This document shows, piece after piece, positions 8,354 to 16,882 of a DNA stretch of 64,000 nucleotides (position 1 is the stretch's first letter; every line of letters starts with the position of its first letter). The stretch lies in IMG/VR virus record IMGVR_UViG_3300037722_000226, positions 1-64,000 of that record. The stretch is one strand, 5' to 3'. The notes under the pieces are model-generated. The model saw only the letters and a list, made by a program, of their open reading frames with translations, did no database searches and had not been told where the DNA came from. Position numbers and translations under genes: made by a program. The stretch is from a virus.

Positions 8354-9216
8354 TCGGCACCCTCGAGATAGACATCCGGCAACGTATCGACGACGCCGTG
8401 CGCCTCGGCCCACGCGACGAGCTTCGCGGGCGGGACTTCTGACCAGTGCTCGAACCCGAGCGTTGTTTTCAGCGTCTCCCACACCCATTCCTGCACGTGC
8501 TTGATGCGCGCGCGATCGACGGCTTCTTTGCCGCCGAGAATCGACTCGCCGACGCGATGCTGCTCAGTGTGATGCTCGTGGCACAGCGGGATTGCCGAGT
8601 AGGCAGGCTTCAGCGCCGTGCCGGCGCCGTCCGCGATCCGCCGTACGTGCGCGGCCTCGCACGCGATGAAGTCTGACATCTCGAAGTGCGGCTTCCATTT
8701 GCACTTCGCGCACGGCTGATGCCGGCACCACTCGAGATACTCGTCATCGCTGCCTACCGCCTCCCAGACCTTGCGCGCGAGCATGAACATGACGTGTGTG
8801 CGCAGCACGCGCGCGTACCGGCCGTAGGGCGCCGGCTCTGCAGCGGCCTCGTCGACCATGCGCCGCCGGCCGGTCACTGGATCTTCGCGCGCTATGACAG
8901 CTGGCAATCCTGGCGTCGGCCACAGCTCGCGGAAGCGAGCTTTGTAGGCGGCCGCAATCACAATCCTCACGGCCAGCGCGCCGTCTTTCTTTTCGCTGAT
9001 GATAGGGCCGCGCGTTGCTTCGATCGCGCCGATGCCGTTCGAGACGTACACGTACTCGCTGGACTCCGGGAACACCGCGAAGAACGTCGCCGCGTCGTCG
9101 GCGTCGATCTCGAATCGCACAGCGATGTCGCCATTGGAGGCGTACTCGTAAACGATCGGGCCGCGAATGCACGGAATGATCGCGATCGGCGCGCTGGCGT
9201 CGTCGACGTCGGCCAC
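8350..9216 (-). CDS. Ref/DUF968-like HNH-type nuclease with duplicated N-terminal module (288 aa)
   Basis: GTG start. C-terminal half carries CAKCKW...CEAAHVRRI...GTALKPAYSAIPLCHEHHTEQH. N-terminal half repeats RGPIVYEY..AVRFEI / RGPIISEK..AVRIVI. Confidence 0.6.
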   Translation of the reverse strand: MADVDDASAPIAIIPCIRGPIVYEYASNGDIAVRFEIDADDAATFFAVFPESSEYVYVSNGIGAIEATRGPIISEKKDGALAVRIVIAAAYKARFRELWPTPGLPAVIAREDPVTGRRRMVDEAAAEPAPYGRYARVLRTHVMFMLARKVWEAVGSDDEYLEWCRHQPCAKCKWKPHFEMSDFIACEAAHVRRIADGAGTALKPAYSAIPLCHEHHTEQHRVGESILGGKEAVDRARIKHVQEWVWETLKTTLGFEHWSEVPPAKLVAWAEAHGVVDTLPDVYLEGAE

Positions 9217-9217
9217 T

Positions 9218-9316
9218 CTATCCCTCCCGTCGATCGACCGCTACGGTGTGAGCCGCGATGATTTTCTTTTTGTCGTGCGACGTGACGACGATCGCGTGAT
9301 GTCTGGTGTATCCCAT
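9218..9316 (-). CDS. possible 32-aa ORF
   Basis: Hand translation: MGYTRHHAIVVTSHDKKKIIAAHTVAVDRREG. It fills the gap between two genes. There is no other support. Confidence 0.25.
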   Translation of the reverse strand: MGYTRHHAIVVTSHDKKKIIAAHTVAVDRREG

Positions 9317-9325
9317 GATTGTTAC

Positions 9326-9985
9326 CTACAGCTGCCCTTCGTCTATGTCGGCCTGTTCGACCCAGCCGCTCGCACGAATCGCGCGCATACCCCCGGCGAA
9401 GTCGCGCGCACCGCCCATCGACGGGTGCCGCACCGATGCGTACGGCCGAAGAACGCCGCACAGGCGCAGCGTGGCGTCGGCGACTTTTCCGATCGCGACG
9501 ACGCGAGCATGGGCGAAGTGCTCGACAACGGCATGCAGAAACGGCTTGCCGAACTCCAGTTCATCGCGCGTCGGCGCGCGGTTGCTCATGGGATTCCCAG
9601 GCTTGTGCGGATGAAACGCGAAGGCGTTCCACATGACGGTTTCTTCGGCGATGCCAAGCTCGTGCAGCGTGCGCCAGACGATCGTCGCGGACGGCTCCGA
9701 CCACGGCCGGTCGCGCGTCGTGATCCGTCCGTCTTGCGTGACGCGCGGGATCGCGCCGTCGAGGATCAGCTTTTCATTGGTGAACGGCACGCCGCTGAAG
9801 TGACAGCCCTGGTAGCCCGGCGCTTCGCCGATCAACAGGTACTTCGGGACACAGTTGAAGTGCTGATAGAGCCGCGTGCGCCTGCCGTTGGGTCCGTTGT
9901 CGAAGGCCGCCGTTATCCGGTCTAGCGGATCGACCCCGCTCCACGGATTGAACACGTTCGGCGCCGAAAACTTGCTCAACGACAT
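9326..9985 (-). CDS. uracil-DNA glycosylase superfamily protein, family-4-like (219 aa)
   Basis: ATG at 9983-9985 of ORF 9326..10390. Motif A-like LLIGEAPGYQGCHFSGVPFT and motif B-like VRHPSMGG. Confidence 0.7.
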   Translation of the reverse strand: MSLSKFSAPNVFNPWSGVDPLDRITAAFDNGPNGRRTRLYQHFNCVPKYLLIGEAPGYQGCHFSGVPFTNEKLILDGAIPRVTQDGRITTRDRPWSEPSATIVWRTLHELGIAEETVMWNAFAFHPHKPGNPMSNRAPTRDELEFGKPFLHAVVEHFAHARVVAIGKVADATLRLCGVLRPYASVRHPSMGGARDFAGGMRAIRASGWVEQADIDEGQL

Positions 9986-10014
9986 GACCAGCTTGCCGAG
10001 GTTTAATTGCCTGT

Positions 10015-10578
10015 TCAGCACTTGGCGGCCTCGAGCTGCGCAACGGCGAGCTTCAAACCCTCGAACATCCCGCGGCCGCGGAGCGCGTGAACCTGACCGC
10101 CCATGATCCATTCGCCATAGTCGTCGCCGAGAATGTCGCTGTTGGCGCTGACCCACTGATGCCATTCTTGCTCGTAGTTGGCGGCGTCTCGAGCGCCGAG
10201 CCCAAGCGCCTCGTTGAGCTTCGATTTGTCGCCGGTCTCTTCGTTGGTCAGATGCTCGGCAAGGATCTCCATTATGTACTCGCCGTTCCAATCGTAGAGC
10301 TTCCGGCCCGTCTCGCTCGCTTGGCACTTGCCCATGAAGTAATCGAATTCGAGACCCGCGATCCAGTCGAACGTCACAACCTGACTCCACGTGAACACGG
10401 CATCCCCGATGTCGCCAACGACGATCAGATTGTTACGGTATACATGGAAGTCGCAGCGATAGACTGACGTGTTGGGCGCCGACCAGATCAGCCAGCCGTC
10501 TTTCATCGTGGCCTTGTGATTGACGAACCAGGAGCGAACGTACTCGAGATCCTCGGCGGTGCGGCGTTTCATGTTCAT
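10015..10578 (-). CDS. hypothetical protein (187 aa)
   Basis: Full ORF with Trp/Tyr-rich non-shadow composition. Coupled to the downstream gene. Confidence 0.65.
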   Translation of the reverse strand: MNMKRRTAEDLEYVRSWFVNHKATMKDGWLIWSAPNTSVYRCDFHVYRNNLIVVGDIGDAVFTWSQVVTFDWIAGLEFDYFMGKCQASETGRKLYDWNGEYIMEILAEHLTNEETGDKSKLNEALGLGARDAANYEQEWHQWVSANSDILGDDYGEWIMGGQVHALRGRGMFEGLKLAVAQLEAAKC

Positions 10579-10781
10579 GCGAGTCCTATTGCTTCAGCGT
10601 AGCCGGTCGACAGCTCGATCTTCGTGCTGACGCCGATCGCAAGCTCGTCCTCAGTGTCAGAGATTCGATCGTCGTTGACCCACGCTTTCGTGCCGTCGTC
10701 GGCCTCGACTTCCCAGCCGTCGTCGAACTTCGAGCGGCGTAGGACTTCGACGCGAACCCAAACCGTGTCGGTCTTGCTCAT
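10575..10781 (-). CDS. hypothetical acidic protein (68 aa)
   Basis: ATG at 10779-10781 in an ATGA overlap with the upstream stop. Confidence 0.5.
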   Translation of the reverse strand: MSKTDTVWVRVEVLRRSKFDDGWEVEADDGTKAWVNDDRISDTEDELAIGVSTKIELSTGYAEAIGLA

Positions 10782-11290
10782 CGAATGATCTCCACTGAAT
10801 GAGTGATATGCCAACCGCCGGTCGCGCGCGGGACGTTCTTGAGGATGTACGGCACGATCGTTGCCGACCAGTCATCAAGCGACACCCAGCCGCCGCTATT
10901 CATGGCGTTGATGTCGAAGATCCCGACGTCGCTCGGATTGCGCGCGCAGGCGCCGACCCAATGAGTGTAACGATACCGAGCGCGCATCGGCACGCCCGGC
11001 TTCGTCCACGGACCTTCCCATTGGATGTGTGCCAGACCAAACTTCGGCCACGGACAGCCGCGGCTCGTCGATGGCTTGTTGCGCTTGTGCTGGATGTCCA
11101 GCGAGCGCAGCGCGTCGAACATCATCGTTGGGTTGGTGTAGCCCTTGAGTGCGAAGCCGACTAGGTGCGGACGCACGTCGCCGAGCGGCTTGCCGAGCAC
11201 GGCTGCGAGCGCGGCGGGACCGCAGTTAGCGCCCCATTCGTCGTTCGCGCGCTCCGCGTCGGCCAGCGTGAACGCAAGTGCAGGAATCAC
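10778..11290 (-). CDS. putative papain-fold cysteine hydrolase (170 aa)
   Basis: GTG at 11288-11290 in a GTGA overlap. Ordered Cys...His...Asp candidates: GANCGPAALAAV, YTHWVGA, IFDINA. Confidence 0.5.
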   Translation of the reverse strand: MIPALAFTLADAERANDEWGANCGPAALAAVLGKPLGDVRPHLVGFALKGYTNPTMMFDALRSLDIQHKRNKPSTSRGCPWPKFGLAHIQWEGPWTKPGVPMRARYRYTHWVGACARNPSDVGIFDINAMNSGGWVSLDDWSATIVPYILKNVPRATGGWHITHSVEIIR

Positions 11291-11517
11291 AGAAGCCGCT
11301 CGATGCCGACCGTGTACTCCGTGCCCCCGATGCCGCGCACAACCACTTTGTCGTAGACGTGCCGGACCACGGTGACGCGAATCAGGTTGGTCCCGTGCCA
11401 GTATTTTGCGTCGCATCCAGACGGTAAAAGCACGGTCGCGAGATTGTCGTGCTGCACTTCCAGCCTATGGATTCGATCGCGGATTTTGCGAAGGCGCTCA
11501 GCGGGTGTCGACTTCAT
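11287..11517 (-). CDS. hypothetical protein (76 aa)
   Basis: Full ORF. Its stop overlaps the next start. Confidence 0.55.
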   Translation of the reverse strand: MKSTPAERLRKIRDRIHRLEVQHDNLATVLLPSGCDAKYWHGTNLIRVTVVRHVYDKVVVRGIGGTEYTVGIERLL

Positions 11518-11613
11518 TTCTTTTTCCTCCCCTTGGGGCTTCTCGAACTTGTGTCCCTCGCGGCCCCAATGGCGCCGCGGCCTTGTCGTTCGTGACGAAC
11601 TTGGTTTCGTCGC

Positions 11614-11955
11614 TCATAACAACCGCTCCTGTTTGGGTGGCTCCGTCGAGCCTTTCGGCACCACTATCCACACGGTCGCATTGCGCCCCGATCGCGTTTT
11701 GCGGACGCGCCCAGAATCGACGATGAGATGCAACTTATCGACTAGCTCGCGGCGGCGCGCCGATGCTGTTTGATGGATGAGCCCGGAGACCGTTTCAATC
11801 TCGTCATCCGTCATGCCATACTCGCCGCTCGCTGCAATCAGCGCATACACCTTGCCACGCAGGGTGCCGGCAATTCCAGCGATGCACTCAGCCGCTTCTT
11901 TGGACGTCCGTGTTTTCTCGTGCGGCGGCAGCCCGCCACCGTATAGCCCCCTCAT
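11614..11955 (-). CDS. winged-helix DNA-binding protein (113 aa)
   Basis: GKVYALIAASGEYGMTDDEIETVSGLIHQTASARRRELVD followed by a beta-wing-like RKTRSGRNATVW. Confidence 0.6.
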   Translation of the reverse strand: MRGLYGGGLPPHEKTRTSKEAAECIAGIAGTLRGKVYALIAASGEYGMTDDEIETVSGLIHQTASARRRELVDKLHLIVDSGRVRKTRSGRNATVWIVVPKGSTEPPKQERLL

Positions 11956-12185
11956 GAATCATCCTTCTCATCACCTGGCTCATCGCCAACAGCTTCCGCG
12001 GGCGCGATGATCAGGATCTCGTCTTGCGAGATTTCAATACAAAGCGGGCCAGCGTCGTCGTGACCAGGTTCGCTCGGCTTGACGACATGATGCTCGTGCG
12101 CGACCGGCGTGCGATTGTTCAGCTTCGTGACCTGAAACACGCGGCCGTGATGATCGTCGTTATAGATCGTGACTTGGATGCCCAT
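11952..12185 (-). CDS. hypothetical acidic protein (77 aa)
   Basis: Full ORF in an ATGA overlap with the downstream gene. Confidence 0.5.
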   Translation of the reverse strand: MGIQVTIYNDDHHGRVFQVTKLNNRTPVAHEHHVVKPSEPGHDDAGPLCIEISQDEILIIAPAEAVGDEPGDEKDDS

Positions 12186-12188
12186 GTG

Positions 12189-12392
12189 CTACGCCTTCTT
12201 CTTGCGGTACGTGACGACGCGCTCGAGCCCGAGCGCGTTGAGGATTTTCGGACCCGGCTCGCGACGTCCGTGCAGCACGTCCGACAGGTATTGCGACGAC
12301 ACTCCAAGATCAGCCGCGGCCTCGTTTAGCGGGCGACCGTCGCATCGGCGCTGAAGAGTATCGAGCGGGTTGATTGGCATCAGTCGTCGCAT
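12189..12392 (-). CDS. XRE/Cro-like HTH regulator (67 aa)
   Basis: LNEAAADLGVSSQYLSDVLHGRREP is a classic HTH_XRE core. First gene of the minus early block, next to the divergent promoter region. Confidence 0.7.
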   Translation of the reverse strand: MRRLMPINPLDTLQRRCDGRPLNEAAADLGVSSQYLSDVLHGRREPGPKILNALGLERVVTYRKKKA

Positions 12393-12426
12393 GCGTCTTT
12401 ATCCTGATAGCGGTGGGCACGCGGCC

Positions 12427-12487
12427 AGACTACGCAAGCGGGCATTATCCGTCAAGCGTTGACGCTGATTAGCTTGACGGCTACAGT
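12427..12487. promoter_or_regulatory. back-to-back divergent sigma70-like promoters sharing a palindromic operator
   Basis: Plus strand: TTGACG (12459-12464), 17 nt, TACAGT (12482-12487). Minus strand: TTGACG (complement of 12450-12455), 17 nt, TAGTCT (complement of 12427-12432). The two -35 boxes form the palindrome CGTCAAgcgTTGACG (12450-12464). A third TTGACG half-site lies at 12474-12479. Confidence 0.45.
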
Positions 12488-12493
12488 GCTGAC

Positions 12494-13354
12494 GTGAGTA
12501 CGATCGTCCTCCCCGGCATCAACGACATTGTGCCGATCCGCGCGAGCGGGTTGGCCGAGCTATTCGACTGCAGCGAGCGATTCAAGGGGAAAAACTTCCT
12601 CGGCCATCGCAGTCCGACCTACGGCCGCAGCCATCTCGGCACGGCAATCCACTACGCAACGGCGTGGTACGACAACGAGCGCGTGCTCGAGGACGGAGAC
12701 CCGGACATCGAGACGGCAATAGACAAGTTCACAGAATACCTGCGTGCGGACGAAAAGGTCTTTTGGGCAGACATCCCGAAACAGAAAGCCGAGTCGATCG
12801 GCATCACGCTCGTCAACACCTATTGCCAGTCGATCAGCTCAAACTACGATTGGATCAAGGTCGAAGCCACGTGCGAGCCGCTACAGATCCCGATGCCGAA
12901 CGGCATCATCTTTGAGCTGACCGGGCACGTAGATCGGGTCTATCGTGAATGCGTCGCGCCGAATCTCTACAAATACGGCGTCGCCGATCTCAAAACGAGC
13001 AGCCGCATCGTGAGTGCCGATGGCACGCTCGCCATCGACCGGCACGGATTACAGCTCGCGATCTATGAGCTTTTGGAGATGCAAGCGGCGGAGGCGACCG
13101 GACTGGAAATGACACTGCCTGCGCTCGTGATCGGGTTTTCGACGTCGGGTCGGCTCGAAATACTGGCCGAGAAAATCCCGAACCCGCGCGCGCTGCTTTT
13201 CGGCGATGGCGAATCAGAGGGATACTTGATCGGTGCATCGAAGATCATCGAGCAGCAGCTTTACATCGGCAACACGTATAGTCAGCTTTGCTCAGAACGA
13301 TACTGTGCATCGTACAACCAATGTTTTTACGTCAATGCTGGTGGTCGCCGATGA
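12494..13354 (+). CDS. PD-(D/E)XK exonuclease, Cas4/RecB-like (286 aa)
   Basis: GTG start. Nuclease motifs GHVDRVY and VADLKTS, plus QLAIYELL. One N-terminal Cys (FDCSERF) and three C-terminal Cys (LCSERYCASYNQC) are arranged as in Cas4 Fe-S clusters. Confidence 0.7.
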   Translation: MSTIVLPGINDIVPIRASGLAELFDCSERFKGKNFLGHRSPTYGRSHLGTAIHYATAWYDNERVLEDGDPDIETAIDKFTEYLRADEKVFWADIPKQKAESIGITLVNTYCQSISSNYDWIKVEATCEPLQIPMPNGIIFELTGHVDRVYRECVAPNLYKYGVADLKTSSRIVSADGTLAIDRHGLQLAIYELLEMQAAEATGLEMTLPALVIGFSTSGRLEILAEKIPNPRALLFGDGESEGYLIGASKIIEQQLYIGNTYSQLCSERYCASYNQCFYVNAGGRR

Positions 13355-13884
13355 AACGCGAGAGATGGAAGCCGATCGCTGGATTCGAGGGTTATTACGA
13401 AGTTTCCAATCTCGGGCGCGTGCGTGGCTTAGATCGAATGGTTCGTAGCAGTCACGGCCTGCGGAAAAAGAGAGGCAAGGTTCTCCGCGGATATGTTGTC
13501 CGTGGCGGATACTTGGCAGTGGAGCTGTGCAAAGAAGGCTGCTCAGAGCGCCGATCGATTCATTGCCTCGTGCTGACTGCTTTCGTCGGCCCTCGGCCGC
13601 CGAAAATGCAAGGCTGCCACTTCCCAGATAGAAACCCGACCAACAACAGATTGGCCAACCTCCGCTGGGACACCGTATCACGCAATCACGCCGACAAAGT
13701 TTTTCACGGCACTAGCAACAGGGGCGAGGCGCACCCATTCGCCAAGCTGTCGAAAAAGAGCGTGTTGCGCATTCTGCGACGCAGAAAGCGCGGAGCTACC
13801 CTAAGCTCCCTGGCTACCGAATTTCGCGTGAGTCTCACCCATATTCACGCCATCGTGACCAAGAAAAGTTGGGCCTATTTGTAA
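13351..13884 (+). CDS. free-standing NUMOD4 / HNH homing endonuclease (177 aa)
   Basis: MKRERWKPIAGFEGYYEVSNLGRVR (NUMOD4), then HCLVLTAFVGPRP...CHFPDRNPTNNRLANLRW (HNH_3), and a C-terminal HTH. Codon third positions are visibly more A/T-rich than in the neighbours. Confidence 0.85.
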   Translation: MKRERWKPIAGFEGYYEVSNLGRVRGLDRMVRSSHGLRKKRGKVLRGYVVRGGYLAVELCKEGCSERRSIHCLVLTAFVGPRPPKMQGCHFPDRNPTNNRLANLRWDTVSRNHADKVFHGTSNRGEAHPFAKLSKKSVLRILRRRKRGATLSSLATEFRVSLTHIHAIVTKKSWAYL

Positions 13885-13901
13885 CCTCAAGGGAGATCGA
13901 A

Positions 13902-15074
13902 GTGAACGAGAAAACCAAGTCCGCTGTGCCCTACGAGCAGCTACGCGGAGATGCCGGCCCGCAAACCAACATGGGCGCCCTGGCGTCGATCGAGGAATCA
14001 CGCGCGCTGAAGGCGGCCGAAGCCCGCGTGATCCTCGCGAAGCGCTTTCCGCGTGACGAAGAGAGGGCGCGCAGCAAGATCCTGAAGGCTTTCGAGAATC
14101 CGAAGCTCGCCGACGCCGCGATGTATTCGTATCCGCGCGGCAACGAGACCATCGAGGATTTGTCGATCCGTGCCGCCGAGACGATCGCGAACTATTGGGG
14201 CAACCTCGAGTACGGCATCCAGGAGATCGACCGCCAGCATGGCTACTCCGAGATGTTGGCCTATTGCTGGGACTTGGAGAGCAACGTCTATCACTACCGC
14301 GCATTCAAGGGTCGGCACTGGCGTGACACGCGCAGCGGCGGCTATGCCGTCAAAGACGAGCGCGACATCTACGAAGTCACATTCAACCTCGGCGCGCGGC
14401 GGCTGCGCTCGTGCATTCTCGAAAGCATACCGGCGCACATCAAGGAAGAGGCCGAATCGATCATCAACGAGACGCTGAGGAAAGCCGAAGGAGCCGTGCC
14501 GATCGAGAAGCGCGTGGACGAGATGCTGAAAACCTTCGGCGCTCTGAACATCACGCGCGACATGATCGAGCGGCGCCTCGGGCACAGCCTGAGCGCGGTG
14601 TCCGAAGTCGAAATGGTCGGGCTACGCAAAATCTACAAGGGCATCAAGGACGGCCACGCGAAGTCCGAAGAATTCTTCGAGTTTGGCGACCCGGATGCGC
14701 CGACGCCGCGGGCGAAGGCCACCACGCAGCCGAAGGAAAAGACGAAGCCGCCAGCCGCAGCCGAGAAGGAGAAGGAGCCCGAAGGGACTGCGCGGCAAGA
14801 GACCGAAGGGCGGCCTGAGCCTGGGGATGGCGATCCCGAGCAAGACCCAGCGGCCGCTGGGGATGACAGTGGCGACCCGATGCCGCAGCTCACCTTCACC
14901 GAAGCGTTCACGGCGATCGTGAAAGCTCGGACGATCGAGGATCTTGACTTGATCCGCAGCCAGACGAAGAGCCTGACGGAGAAACAGCGCGAGAATCTGT
15001 CTGTGTCGATCATCAACAAGGCGCATTCGCTGAGTCGCGGTCCGGACGTCGGCAGCGGCCCGTCGATGGAGTAG
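13902..15074 (+). CDS. putative single-strand annealing / recombination protein (390 aa)
   Basis: GTG at 13902 after GGGAGA. Sits between the exonuclease and the SbcC-like ATPase. Conserved-looking core PRGNETIEDLSIRAAETIANYWGNLEY. Charged low-complexity linker. Function is inferred from synteny only. Confidence 0.45.
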   Translation: MNEKTKSAVPYEQLRGDAGPQTNMGALASIEESRALKAAEARVILAKRFPRDEERARSKILKAFENPKLADAAMYSYPRGNETIEDLSIRAAETIANYWGNLEYGIQEIDRQHGYSEMLAYCWDLESNVYHYRAFKGRHWRDTRSGGYAVKDERDIYEVTFNLGARRLRSCILESIPAHIKEEAESIINETLRKAEGAVPIEKRVDEMLKTFGALNITRDMIERRLGHSLSAVSEVEMVGLRKIYKGIKDGHAKSEEFFEFGDPDAPTPRAKATTQPKEKTKPPAAAEKEKEPEGTARQETEGRPEPGDGDPEQDPAAAGDDSGDPMPQLTFTEAFTAIVKARTIEDLDLIRSQTKSLTEKQRENLSVSIINKAHSLSRGPDVGSGPSME

Positions 15075-15077
15075 GCG

Positions 15078-16667
15078 ATGAAGCTCATCGAGATCACGAT
15101 CGACAATTTCATCCGTATCCCCTTCCTGAGAATGCGGCCGATCAAGCCCGTCGTCGTCGTGGCCGGCGATAACGAGCAGGGAAAATCCTCGCTCGCCGAG
15201 GCGATCCGGTTTTTGTTTCTGGAGCAGGCGCCGCGTGTCCACTACAAGAAGGACCGCGTTGAAATGGTCCACGGCGCCGCGAAGAACGGCAGTGTGACGA
15301 TCGAGTCGGGCAAGATGACCATGCGGCGGTACATCCGCGACGGCAAGCTGCAGGGCGACGGCGGACTCCTGCCGGCCGATTCGGAGTCGGCGGCCGTGTG
15401 CATGCAGGCGTCGACGCTGCCCAAGCTGGACGAGAGAGAGCGCCGGCAGATCATCATGCGACTGGCCAAAGTAGACCTATCAGTCGATACGATCGCGGCG
15501 AAGCTCATCGACAAGGGCGTCGACCCGGCCGCTGTAACGAAGCTCAGGCCGCTTCTGAAGGGGGGGCTGCAACCGGCGCGCGAGCAGGCGAAACGCGAAG
15601 TGAGCGACGCACGCGGCGCCTGGCGCGAGGTTACGGGCGAAGCCTACGGCTCCCAGAAGGCCGAGGGATGGAAGCCGGCCGACCCCGCCATCTCGTCCGA
15701 GACGGCCGCCAAGTCGCTCGCCGACATCGACGCGCAGCTCGCCGAGCTGAAGGCGGACAGGGACACGAGGCTCGAGGCGCATTTTGCCAACATCGACGCG
15801 CAATCGGCCGAGCTGAGCAGCGCCAAGCAATCCGCGCTCGAGCCCGTGCTCGCCAACATCCAGAACTACGAGCAGCAACTTGCGAGGCCCACCCCGCTCG
15901 CGTGCCCGCACTGCGGCGGCATCGTCTCGTACCAGGATGGCGAGCTGCATCAGTCTGACAACATAGACAAGCCGCGCCTCTCCAACATGCTGTCGATCGC
16001 GCAGCTGAAGCGTAAAGAGATCGCCGCGGAATTCGATGGCAAGATCAACGCCGTCATCGAGTCCCGCAGAGAGACCACCAAGCTGATCACCGTAGAATAC
16101 GAGACGGCCGCCAAAGGGCTGACTGAAGACAAGGCAGTGCTGGTCGATCAGATCACGACGAGCGAGCGCGCCAAACAGAAATCCGTACGAGCCGACGAGC
16201 TGCACCGCAAGGCGCTGACGCACGACCGGATAGCCACGCTGCTCAGTGACGACGCAGATGGCGTTGCGTCCGAGCTGATCGCCGCGGCGCTGACGCCACT
16301 GAACGAGCGGCTCATGGAGATCGGTCTGACACTCGGCTGGACGCCGCCAACGATCCACGGCGACATGCGCATCGTTCGCGCGGACGGCTACGGCTACAAC
16401 ATGCTTTCGGAATCGGCGATGTGGCGCGTCGACGCGATGCTTCAGATCCTCGTCTCGGAGCTGTCCGGCTTCGACTTGCTGATCTTCGATCGGCTCGACG
16501 TGCTGCGCCTGCCAGATCGCGGGCAGTTCATGCAGTGGCTAAACGACTACGTGCCGACGCGAGAAGGGCTATCGGTGTTCGTGATGGCGACGTTGAAGCA
16601 ACGGCCGGACCTGAGCGCGCTCGGTGCCGTCGACGCCTATTGGATCGAAAACGGCAAAATATCGTAA
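15078..16667 (+). CDS. SbcC/Rad50-like SMC-type ATPase (529 aa)
   Basis: N-terminal Walker A GDNEQGKSS, central coiled coil with a CPHCGG hook-like motif, and C-terminal Walker B LLIFDRLD. Confidence 0.7.
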   Translation: MKLIEITIDNFIRIPFLRMRPIKPVVVVAGDNEQGKSSLAEAIRFLFLEQAPRVHYKKDRVEMVHGAAKNGSVTIESGKMTMRRYIRDGKLQGDGGLLPADSESAAVCMQASTLPKLDERERRQIIMRLAKVDLSVDTIAAKLIDKGVDPAAVTKLRPLLKGGLQPAREQAKREVSDARGAWREVTGEAYGSQKAEGWKPADPAISSETAAKSLADIDAQLAELKADRDTRLEAHFANIDAQSAELSSAKQSALEPVLANIQNYEQQLARPTPLACPHCGGIVSYQDGELHQSDNIDKPRLSNMLSIAQLKRKEIAAEFDGKINAVIESRRETTKLITVEYETAAKGLTEDKAVLVDQITTSERAKQKSVRADELHRKALTHDRIATLLSDDADGVASELIAAALTPLNERLMEIGLTLGWTPPTIHGDMRIVRADGYGYNMLSESAMWRVDAMLQILVSELSGFDLLIFDRLDVLRLPDRGQFMQWLNDYVPTREGLSVFVMATLKQRPDLSALGAVDAYWIENGKIS

Positions 16668-16696
16668 GAACTGCGCTTTCGGAGGGCGAATAGATC

Positions 16697-16882
16697 ATGC
16701 GACAGAAGTGCAGCAAGGTGCTCGGTAATAGCTATAGCGACGCGACGCGGACCTGCAAACTGAATGTCACCGTTCGGCTCATTAACATAGACACCGGGCG
16801 GACCTATCATCGATGCTGGCAGCACGCCGCGGCGTTCTCTCGATTCTACCGGCGAGAGCAACTGCCTCGGGAAGGCACATGA
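16697..16882 (+). CDS. hypothetical Cys/His protein (61 aa)
   Basis: ATG after GGAGGG. Its stop overlaps the next ATG. Confidence 0.4.
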   Translation: MRQKCSKVLGNSYSDATRTCKLNVTVRLINIDTGRTYHRCWQHAAAFSRFYRREQLPREGT

